From: Vitrella brassicaformis CCMP3155
Taxonomy: Eukaryota; Protista; Chromerida
Length of the DNA stretch: 64,000 nt
Assembly: GCA_001179505.1 (NCBI GenBank)
Contig: CDMY01000347.1
Coordinates: forward strand, 186,001 to 250,000
Direction: 5' to 3'
In this document: in pieces, positions 36,683-47,300 of the stretch
How positions within the stretch are numbered: the stretch's first letter is position 1
Layout: every line of letters starts with the position of its first letter
Translations under genes and position numbers: made by a program
Notes under the pieces: generated by a model
Told to the model about the DNA's origin: nothing
The model's input: only the letters and a program-made list of their open reading frames with translations
Database searches by the model: none

Positions 36683-37970
36683 ATGCGTTTGGTGTCCGTG
36701 CAGGTGCGCAGCACCATGAGGTTGACGGCGCTCGGCCTCTTTCTGGGCTGCACGAGCCTCTTCGTGCCAGTGGCAACCCTCTACATTACTGCCATCATGT
36801 ACACCGACATGCCCGAGGACATCCTTGGGTGGATCGTGTGCATGATGGCAGTTCTACTATGGGCGCCATCGTCGGGTGAGTACGGAAGGAATATATCACA
36901 CGGTCCCCTCCGTGATGACACTGTGAATGCTCATTGGCTGTGTGTGGTGTGTCACACAGTGCTCTCTGGATGGCCTCCAAGATTCTGGGCGTCACCAGAA
37001 GCTCACGGCCTCCGCCTCTTCCTAATCTGCACGGCCCTTTTTGTGCTGGTCGCGGCCGTGTACTGGAGCCACGAGTTCTCGGTGGACGTCCTTGAGCACC
37101 TCCTATACCTCCGGACGTTCCTCTGCCTCGGTGCCTTGCTGGGTGAGAAATAAGCACCGCAAAAGCATGTATCTTGACCCATGATATCAAAAGGAAAGCA
37201 TGAAGTCCTCCCTCCTAATTCATCGCTCTCTGTGTGTGTGTCGACGCCAGGTACGCAGGAGGTGTCTCAATCAAAACAAACACAGATACATCATAGCTAT
37301 AGGTATGCGCCCATCCGTTTGTTTGCCTGTTTGTTTGGCAGAGACATCGCTATCTACATTTTATATCGCTGTCGGCCCTATATTTGGCTCCAGCACATGT
37401 TACTGACGGTAGGCAGTAAGCTCGATTGTGTGAGACACAGATGCATTCATCGCCGACGTAATCTACTTAATCACTGCCCTCTGCCGTTTGTTTGTTTGTG
37501 TGTGGATGGATGGATGGATGGCTGAAGCCTTCAGCATGCCTGTCCATGCGTGTGTGTGTGCGTGTGTGTGCTATGATCACAGGGTTTCCAGTTCGCCAAG
37601 GAAGACGACGTGAGCACGACACACACACACTTGACGAATGGACATCTGATGAATTGTGGCTGTGTTCGTCTGACAGGACTTCCCCCTCCTGCCGGGCCCC
37701 AACAAGGTATGCCCGACAGGACATGCCAAAGTGACACACGCGAAACCAACAGACGTGTACACACATGCAACTGTCCACAGAACAACAATGCAACTGTGCA
37801 CAGGGCAAGTGGGATAGTGTGCCCGCCAAGAGCAAGCAGCCGCCCAAGACCACCGCCACCGACAAGATCACCGAGGTACGCACAGCGACACTCACGCACA
37901 CAGACGCCTGCATGACGTCCTGCATGGCTGTCCATCAATGTGTGTACGTGGTCAGCGGCTTGGCGGCTCA
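36683..37970 (+). CDS. Hypothetical multi-pass membrane protein; 3' exons uncertain
   Basis: Hydrophobic exons (MRLTALGLFLGCTSLFVPVATLYITAIM..., LRLFLICTALFVLVAAVYW...) bounded by GT/AG. Confidence 0.45.
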
Positions 37971-38976
37971 TGACCCGCCCCTCGCCGCTGACCAAGAAAA
38001 ACAAGGCCGCCACCAAGGGCAAGAAGGCCACCATCACCATCCCGCCGCCCCCAACTTCACCAACACCACTGCTCAAGGTGAGCGGAGAGGAAAAGGCGGG
38101 GCGGAGACATGGACGAGAATGCACTCACTGTGTGTGTGTGTCTGTCTGTCTCTGTGTGTGCCCGTGTGTGTGCAAGGGGCTGAGCTCATCATGGTGTTGG
38201 TCGTGCTGGTGGTGTTGTGTGTCGGTGCGGCGTGCTGCTGGGTGGCGCCCTCGCCGCTGCTGCTGGTGGTGCTCGGGGTGTTCGTCATATGGTGGCCCCA
38301 CATGCCACCCGACGACAGCGCCGACTTCCATGAGGCGATGGAAGACTTCTCCACGTTTGAGGACGCCCGGGAGCCCGACATACAGATCGCCACGCCAGAG
38401 TATGCGCCACCCCCCGCACCCCATCAGCCGGGCACTCGTCTTGCCCCCCGCCCGAAGCCGGCCGAGAAGGCCATGACCCCAGCGGCTGAGGAGGCGGCGT
38501 TGGCCGAGGCCGTGCGGGCCATGCTGAAGGCCCAGAAGGAGGTCGAGAAGGTGTCAAGGACAAGACTGCTGCCCCGGTCAATGATGGGCATCAGCGACAC
38601 TTTCCTCCCCATCCCCACCGACCTGCTAAGCGCTGCCCCACCGCTGCCCCAGGCTCACACCAACGCCAGAGCCAGGCTGGTGCGAGACCACCGCTGGCAG
38701 CCGCGGATCAACGCCCTCGGGCCGGACAGGGTGGCGCGCTACGTGTAGGAGCCCCACAGGCCCCCTGCCGTGCCCGATGGGCCCGCCTCCCGCCTCGTGC
38801 CCCAGAGCCAGTGGGTATTCACCACCCCCCAGAGGCCGGGGCGCGACGCGCCGACAGCAGCACCAGTACCAGCACCAGCCACCAACAGGCCGACGCGCGG
38901 CATCGCGGAGGTGTCTGCCGAGGCGGGCGAGGGCGACGTGAGGGGGGACTTCAAGCGGCGGAAGGTGGCTGCATGA
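37951..38976 (+). pseudogene. Copy A of a tandemly duplicated TM plus Pro/Ala-rich gene, with an in-frame TAG at 38746-38748
   Basis: Near-identical to 39978-40620. The frame continues past the TAG for 75 codons that resemble the copy B C-terminus (LVPQSQWVFTTPQR versus LVPRHLWVYKTPER). Confidence 0.5.
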
Positions 38977-40620
38977 TGGATGGATGGATGGACGGATGGA
39001 TGGATGGCTACCTACATGCATACCGCCGGTGTTGGAGCTACCGATAGTAGTGGTGTGCCGCCTGAATAGTGCTACCGACAGTTGTGGTGGGGATGGGCTA
39101 CCGACAGTTGTGTGTTGGTGGTGGTGGGGGGGAGGAGGGCAAGTGCGGTGGTGCGGGTGCATCGAGGGCTTTCATGTAAGGGAGTACTTAACGGCGTAAT
39201 GTACATATATCTGTCTCTTCTTAACAAGATGAGTGGAGACAGGGCGGGAAAAGGGGACCCGTGACATGGCGTGTATCTCTGTCTGTCTGTCTGTGTGTGT
39301 GTGTGTGTGTGTGTGGCCAGGTGTCCTGGTGTGGTGCTTGCGGCAAAGGGGGGTGAGCCCTCCTCGGATGGCTGTCTACATTTTATATCTGCAAGGCTCT
39401 GTGGACATCATCCCTCGAAGAATGCATCGCCCGGTACGGAGAGCTCTAGTCGTCGCGTGCACGTGCGCAGATACATCACACTGAATGTCCGTTCATGTGT
39501 CTGTTTGTTTGTTTGTTTGGCAGAGACATCGCTGTTTACATTTTGTATCGCGGTCCTGTGCTTCATCAAATTTCGCTCCCATGGCCTTTGGCGCCATCAA
39601 TGGTCGAGAGGCTCCAGTGGTACTGCAGGTATGCAGTAAGCTCGATTGTGTGAGAGGGCTCGCCGATCCTCGCCATGGGACACACCTACACCACTGCCAT
39701 TGGGTCAGCCAGCTACGCAGGGAGGGAGGGGGCCGCTGTTGTCAATCTGTCTTTGTCTCTTTCCCCGTGTGTGTAGGTTTGTGACCCTCCTGTCATTGGG
39801 CGAGGCGATTTGGTCTCCGCCATTCTACGAATACACCGTCACCATCGCCGCCAGGATCATGTCCGTCATCGTGTGGGCCGTCCATGGGGTATCTCATGCA
39901 GCGGCCACCGCCTTCGCCTGGCTGACCCGCATCTACGGCGCAATCGACTGCTGCTGGTGTGACCTGGCGGCCTTCTGGTCAGCGGCTTGGCGGCTCATGA
40001 CCCGCCCCTCGCCGCTGACCAAGAAAAACAAGGCCGCCACCAAGGGCAAGAAGGCCACCATCACCATCCCGCCGCCTCCAGCTTCACCAACACCACTGCT
40101 CAAGGTGAGCGGAGAGAAAAAGGCGGGGCGGAGACATGGACGAGAATGCACTCACTGTGTGTGTGTGTGTGTGTCTGTCTGTGTGTGTGCCCGTGTGTGT
40201 GCAGGGGGCTGAGCTCATCATGGTGTTGGTCGCGCTGGCGGTGTTGTGTGTGGGTGCGGCATGCTGCTGGGTGGCTCCCTCGCCGCTGCTGGTGGTGGTG
40301 CTCGGGGTGTTCGTCATATGGTGGCCCCACATGCCACCCGACGACAGCGCCGACTTCCATGAGGCGATGGAAGACTTCTCCGCGTTTGAGGACGCCCGAG
40401 AGCTCGACATACAGATCGCCACTCCAGAGTATGCGCCACCCCCCGCACCCCATCACCGGGCACTCGTCTCGCCCCCCGCCCGAAGCCGGCCGAGAAGGCA
40501 ATGACCCCAGCGGCTGAGGAGGCGGCGTTGGCCGAGGCCGTGCGGGCCATGCTGAAGGCCCAGAAGGAGGTCGAGAAGGTGTCAAGGACAAGACTGCTGC
40601 CCCGGTCAACGATGGGCATC
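37951..40620 (+). repeat. Tandem segmental duplication with ~2.03-kb period (37951-38592 ~ 39978-40620; also 37325-37440 ~ 39505-39660 and 39040-39230 ~ 41060-41450)
   Basis: Direct sequence identity, including the intron gtgagcggagag...gtgtgcag and long exact blocks. Confidence 0.92.
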
Positions 40621-40989
40621 GTGTCCCCCGACCGGTCGAAGACCCGCCCCACCGCCGACATCCCCACTGCCGCACGTGTCGCCGCCAAGGTCATGGAGGT
40701 CCGTCGGGAGTGTTCGAAGTTGGGCTGGCGCCCTGTCAAGGGGCTGCCGCAGCCAAAGAAGATGCCCCCCCAGCCGCCCGCACTGAGGCCGACCGGCCTA
40801 GTGCCCCGCCATCTCTGGGTCTACAAGACGCCAGAGCGGCGCCGCCCGGGCACCACCATCCGCCCAACAGCAGCACCGGCACCAGCAGTGGCAGCAGCGG
40901 CGGCACCAGCACCAGCACCGGCAAAGGCGCAGCAGCAGGCGCCGCCTGTGGTGAGCATGCCAACGGCCACCGGACGGCAGCTCAACTAA
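39500..40989 (+). pseudogene. Copy B of the same gene, with a 1-nt deletion frameshift near 40455
   Basis: A reads CATCAGCCGGGC and B reads CATCACCGGGC. B's frame stops at 40504, while the homologous downstream ORF 40501-40989 lies in another frame. Confidence 0.5.
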
Positions 40990-42660
40990 GGAGGGAGTGC
41001 CCCGGCAAGAGGCGCCGTGTCGCGTGAGCAGGGGATGTCTGTCAATGAGGGCACTACGACTGCTGTGCGGTAGGGATGTCGAGACCTACCAACACCAGCA
41101 ACACTCTGGCCCCCGACAGTTGTGTTAGTGGTGGTGGTGGAGGCTACCGACAGTTGTGTTAGTGGTGGTGGTGGTGGTGGTGGGGAGGGGGGGAGCCAAG
41201 TGCGGTGGTGTGGGTGCATGTGTGTCTGTCTGCCGGTGTGGTGGTCTGGGCTGCTGATTGTATGTCTGGCGTGTGTGTCTGTATGTGTCTGGGAGTACTT
41301 AACGTTGTAATGTAGATATGTCTGTCTCTACGTAACAATCGCTGCCCTCAGTGTGTGTCGCCTGCCTGCCTGCCTGCCTGGATGGATGGAGGGCTTTCAT
41401 GTAAGGGAGTATTTAACGTTGTAATGTACATATATCTGTCTCCACCTGATCATCTGCACCCAGTTGCGGCCGATGTGCGACTTGCTGCTGGGGGGGCTGC
41501 ACGAGGAGGCGCGCTGATGATCGGTCAAGCGAGTGGGTGAGTGAGTGAGTTGATGAGAGAAAGATGGGTGGCTGGATGGGTGGCTGCATCTCTGTCTATA
41601 TTTTCTATCTGCGGTTTGTGTGCACGGAATTCATCAAATGATTGCTGCCTTCATTTTATATCCGTTGAAGTGTCGCTTGTTATGTCACGGAGAAAGGAAG
41701 AAAGAGGTAGAGAAATGGATGCGTACATGCAGACTCTGGACCGACACGAACTGCATCTAAGCCTGTCTGAAAAAATGCGTGTCTCGCCATTCGCCAATAC
41801 CGTACGGGAGAAATACATGCATACTCGACCAGGTGCCAAGCCTACAACTCCGTACTTAGCATCATTCGTCAGCCGACTCGCTGCAAAGTGTTCTCCCCCT
41901 TGTCCACCAAACCCGCCCCGCCCCCCTTCCCCTTCTCGCCCGCCAAAGCCACACACATTAATGCAGGGGAAAAAACGAAACGAAGGAAGTGGGTGTGGGT
42001 GTCGGGTTTGAGAGTTGTACAACTCACCAACTGACTCACACCAACTGACAAAACAGGACAAATGCGCTGACACGCTGCATGGGGCCGCAAGCAGCTTGTG
42101 CACCGGTGGTACAGAGATAATAAACAGACTACCACTGGTGGAGCTTGCAGACATCCACACGCACGCACACACGAATGAATATCCTACACCCTACGCCGTA
42201 AAGGCGCGACTTCCAAGCCTTTCTGCCGGCTCAATCACACAAGACGACACCACACAGGTCGACTGGCCGACAAAAATCAATGACACAAACTGCGCATGAG
42301 CGACAAGGCGACGAAGGCCGAATGTCTCTGTGTATGTATGTGTGTATGTGTGAAGACCACGTACTCGGGAGGAGAGGGGCGGGCAGGAAGACACACCACA
42401 CAAACCGCAGGCCGCACACGCAGGCAGACACCGAGACGAACGAAACACGTGCAGCCACTCACCCACCCCTATCTGTACACGCCCCCACACACACCCATCA
42501 TCCACAGCCATCACATCACATCCCATGCTGCCGTCCCCTCCGTCGCTCCCTGCCATTGTCACATACCACCCTCTGTCCTACACACATACACATGACAGAC
42601 ACGACTCCCCCACAGCTAGGCCGCCAAGTTGGTCAACACAGCCGGCTCGTCCGGCCCCGC

Positions 42661-43862
42661 TTACGACGAGGGCGCCGTCGTGTCCGACCCACTGTCCACC
42701 GGAATCGGCTCCATCTGCACCATATTCACCGTTGTGGGCGCCGGGGGGGCCGTGGGCGTCATGACGGTGACGGCCGGCGGCTTGGTCGTTGGGGCGAGGG
42801 ATGCATCAGCCTCCATGAAGCGAATGGCGATGGCGTTGCTCACGCCGGTGTTGGCGTGGTATCGGCCGCTGATAGACCGCCGGCTGGCGTCGAAGCGGCC
42901 GGTGACGTCCACACGGAGGTTGTCGGTGCCCATCTCGCCCCACGACACGCGGCCACTCCTGGCGCTATAGACGCCGTTGACTGTGAAGGTGCCGTCCGCG
43001 TCGGTGCCAGTCCCCGTGACGGTGCCGTCGTAGTCGAAAGTCAGCTTGTAGGTGGTCGTGAGCGACTTGGTCTCGCCGTAGGGACCGCCCTTTGTGGAGA
43101 AGGGCACATAAGTGCCGAGCCATTCGCCAGAGCCAGGGAGAGTCTCGGTCTGCGCCGGCCCGGTGCGACTCCGCCGGCCGTTGGCAAGTCTTTGGATCCA
43201 GCTGGCGATGCCCACACAGCCGAGGCAGAGAAAGCCGAGCCCAAAGTACGCGCCTAGCATAATGAGACCGACGGGTGGTGGTCGTTTGGCGTTGTCGTGG
43301 CAGCAGGGCATCAGCCAGGAGTACTGGGGCAGTAGGGCGCTGTTGCGCCCGTATGGGCAGTTGCTGTCGACGTAGCACCATGGCTGATACTGGGTCTCGG
43401 GGATGAAAGCCTTCGGCTAGTATCCACACCTGTCACCTTGCCCGGCGGAGTTGGCAACGCCAATGCACTTACATGCAGGAATGGCACACGCAGTGCTCAG
43501 TCTGCGAGTTTCAGCTCCAGTCTCATCAACGGCAACTGCAGGCAGACAGACAGGCAGGCAGCAGACACACGACACCTTGCGTGGAATGTCCTGCTCACTG
43601 AGAGTGAATGGATTTCCCTCGTGGGTACTCACTCACCACTGAGATCTGTATCGATGACGTCAGCCGAGGCATGCGCAGATGCGCCATGCGCCTGCAAACA
43701 CACACACGGCGGAGGAGGCGAACGGGAGCAAGCTGACAGAGTCAGTCAGTCAATCAATGCGTGGTGAATGAACTCCCCTACCGTCGCATCGGTGACGAAG
43801 GCAACAGCGGACACGGCACTGCCCAGCAGGAGGGCGCCAACGAGGCACAGAAGCAGTTTCAT
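42661..43862 (-). CDS. Type-I membrane protein: signal peptide, Cys-rich extracellular module, TM helix and beta-rich cytoplasmic domain; interrupted by in-frame TAG at 43417-43419
   Basis: MKLLLCLVGALLLGSAVSA. Introns at 43692-43781 and ~43538-43635 restore the frame. CKCIGVANSAGQGDRCGY*PKAF...PWCYVDSNCPYG, then TM GLIMLGAYFGLGFLCLGCVGIASWI. Confidence 0.65.
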
Positions 43863-44330
43863 CGTCAGGCTGACCGAGTGAGCCAGTCAATCAATGCAAT
43901 GCGTGGTGAATGAAATCCCCTACTGCCGCATCCAGCGCGCAGAGGGAGAGAGAAGCAGCTGCAGGGAGCGTGATTTGCGAGCTTAAAACGGCTCGGCGAA
44001 CAGGGTGCGCGTCAAAGCCTGGCGCGACGCGCTGCGCGTCCAAGACAGCGCACCAGACCACAGACAATCGAGGCAACGATTTTCCACGGTGCTGCCTGGC
44101 TGTCCAAGTGCCTGCCTGTCTGTCCTTTCCACTGCTCTCTCTATTGCTTCGCCTGCTGCCCTCTATCACTCTGTATTTTTCTCAAGACTGACTGTCTGTC
44201 TATGCTGCCTGCCTGCCTGCCTGCCTGTTGCCTCGCTGAGTGAGTGACCGCATCTGTGGAATTTTTCCCTCCCTCCCTCGCTGTCTGATTGACGGAGTGA
44301 CTGACTGAGGCGTGGCCATCCAAAAAGACG

Positions 44331-47300
44331 ATGGTGGGGCTCAGGCGGCAGGTGTGCGCTGTGGCCCTGTTGCTCCCGCTGGCCACGGCGGGCCAAGAAT
44401 GCGGCCTTGTCTGGGAGATGGACAAGGACATCAACTCAGGTGAGTTCACTGAAGGAATGGAAGACAGACAGACAGACCGAAACACACTCACCCATCTGAT
44501 CTGCCTCCCTGTCTGTGTGGTGTGCCGAACAGGCGTGAACATATTCTCACCGGAGGACACTGAGAAGAACATCTCGCCGGACGCCACCCTGTCAGCGTCG
44601 AGCAAGGAGGAGTGCTGGTCGTTGTGCGAGCCGCTGCCCGAGTGTCAGGGGATTGTCTACAGCGACGGGTCCGTCATTGTACAGGGCTGCTGGCTCAAGG
44701 GCAGCATCGAGAGGGAGGAGGAAAAACAAGGCTTCGGTCTCTGGGCGGGCAAGAGGGTGTGCGGCGACGACGCTGAGGAGAAGACGGATGGAGTCGTGGG
44801 GCCCACACAGACCATCAGACACGAAGGTCAGTCAGTTAGTCAGTCTTGCTGTCCGGTGATGGATGGATAGATGAGCTCGTCTCTGTGTCTGTCGTGCTGT
44901 GTGTGCAGATCTCAACATCACTCTGACTGCGCTGCTGACGTGCTCCGACGAGGGCCAGAAGCACCCGTCCTTCCCTCCGCTAGAGGCGGGTCTGCCGCCC
45001 ATCCCGGTGTCCATCCTGCCCCTGCTGAACCTCACCTACAACTACTCCGCCCCCTGGCTGGACCACCCCATCGTCAGTGAGCCCTTCACCTTCACCTTAA
45101 CGGCCGATGCAGATGACCCCGACGAGGCGTCCAACGTGCCGATCCGTGCGTCGATCAAAGGGATGGATGCCATCGTCGCCTTTGGGGACGTCCTGGTGCC
45201 ACTCAACCTCACCAGCGGCAACGAGGGGGAGGGGCACGTGGCCGCCGGGTGCGACGGGCGCAACATTGGCAGGGGCCATGTGGTGCTGCGGAGGGTGCAG
45301 GTCACCCTGGCCGATGGCTATGGCAACGAAGTCGCTGTCGAGGCCGCCAACTGCAGCAGCACCATTCGTAAGTACTTACATTGGAGGCACCACAATCAAT
45401 CAATGAACCCGTCCGTGGATTTTCATTGTGTGTCCTCCCCCCGTTTCTTTTACTAACCAGAGTGTCAGGACAACACCCCCCCGGCCGTTGAGTGCTCGCA
45501 TGTCAACCTGCAGGAGCTGTCGTTCGGTGAGAGGCGGGAGATCGACCCAGGCGCCATCACCGTGTACAACGATGCGGGCACTGGCGTGCACGCGGCTTTG
45601 CTGCACCCCAGCCATGTGGAGTGCGGTGAGGTGGGGCGGCACACGGTTGATGTGGAGATCGAGGCGAGGGACGGGACGGGCCATGTGGCCAAGACCATGT
45701 GCTACGACGCCGTCGAATACAGTGAGATGAGAAAGAGAGAGAGGAGGGAGGACATTCATTGTTTGTGTGCATCATCCATCCATCCACCCATCTATTTTGC
45801 TGTCTGCTGTGCTGTTGTCCTCTCCTCTCCTCTCCTCTCTCTGTGCGTCTCCCTCCCCATTCCAGCTTGTGAAAGTAAGAACAGGACACGATGAATACAA
45901 CGAGACGAGCGTTCGTTATCTCTTCCCCCCCGTGTGCGTGTCGATCAGCGGATCCCCCGACCGACGGCTGCCGTGTGAGTGCGGCCTTCCAGCGCATGCT
46001 GGACATCAACCCGTCCATCGAGGGCTTCGACGACACGCCGCACAACGCCACCACCAAGGAGGAGTGCTGGGAGCAGTGCCGGCCCATGCCCGAGTGCCAC
46101 GGCATGGTCTTTATCGCAGAATACGACGGATCAAACAAATGCTACCTCAAGGTCAGTTTTCCTTCCGTCGCCTTGACCTCGATGTGCCAATGAGTGAGTG
46201 CCCCTCTCTCGTGTGTGTGCAGGGCCCGATAGAGAGCGAGGAGTTCAATTTCAATAACACGCGGATGTGGGGCGGCCGCAAGATCGTCAAGTGCGGCCCC
46301 TCGGCCATCTTCGACTCCCAAACTCCCAACACACTCACCGTCAGCTTCTCCGAGTCCGTCGAGGGGCTCGACCAATACGACTTCGACATCACCAGCGGGG
46401 CCGATGTGAGTGTCAAAGGAGTCCGTGAGGCGGGCAGCAACAGGTATGCGGTCGACCTGGAGGGCGGCATGCCGGAAGGGGCTGTGTTGAGTGTGGCGCT
46501 GAGGAATGGGGCTGTGACTAACGAAATGGGGCAGGAGAACGAGGCGACCGAGCCCTTCGAGATGAGATACGGTACGTGGGCATTATATCAATGGGGGCGC
46601 GTACAATAGATGGGATGGGATCTATGGACTCGCCTGTGTGTCTGTGGTCTCTCAGACACGCAGCCGCCAGCGGTGTCGCTGTCCACATCAGGGCTGCCCC
46701 CCTCGTTCTCCCTCGTCCGCACCAACCACCAGCCGCTCCGCATCCACGTCACCTTGTCAGAGCCTGTCACAGGTTTTGGTCTGGAGGACTTCACTGTGAC
46801 ATGGCCCAACCACACGGTGAAGTGGCAGCCCGACGGCTCCGACGCGCCTGCCCCCGCCTCCCTGGGCAACCTGACCAAAGTGGACGACACCAACTACACG
46901 GTGGACTTCTCATCGCGGGCAGATGGGATGTTCTCGGTGTCCGTGGGGGAGGGGGGCGTGAGGGATGCGGCTGGCAACCTCAATGGAAAGTCGAACCAAC
47001 TGGAGATCCTCAGGGGTGGGGGAGGGAGGCGAGGGCGTATGTGTGTGCGGGGCGGGGGGATGTCTGCACCGCACGCCATGCCATGGATGTCTGTGTGTCC
47101 ATCCAGATCTGACGCCTCCCAATGTGCACCTGGAGGGTCCGGGTCCCTACGCCGCCACCAACGCATCAACGTTCGAGATCCACCTGGTGCTCTCAGAGGT
47201 ACCGTACCGTACCATCCCATCCACCCACCCCCACAACCATAAGCATAGCATGCCCATCGACATACAGCATGTCCCGCTTTCTCTTCATCCTTCCCTTTGC

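Noticed and set aside
41500-42560. ORFs in the 41.5-42.5 kb region
   Set aside because: Low-complexity, UTR- or intergenic-like sequence with no supporting motifs.
38746-43419. Genome-wide TAG reassignment suggested by two in-frame TAGs
   Set aside because: TAG terminates several conserved genes in the window, and long conserved ORFs contain no internal TAG.
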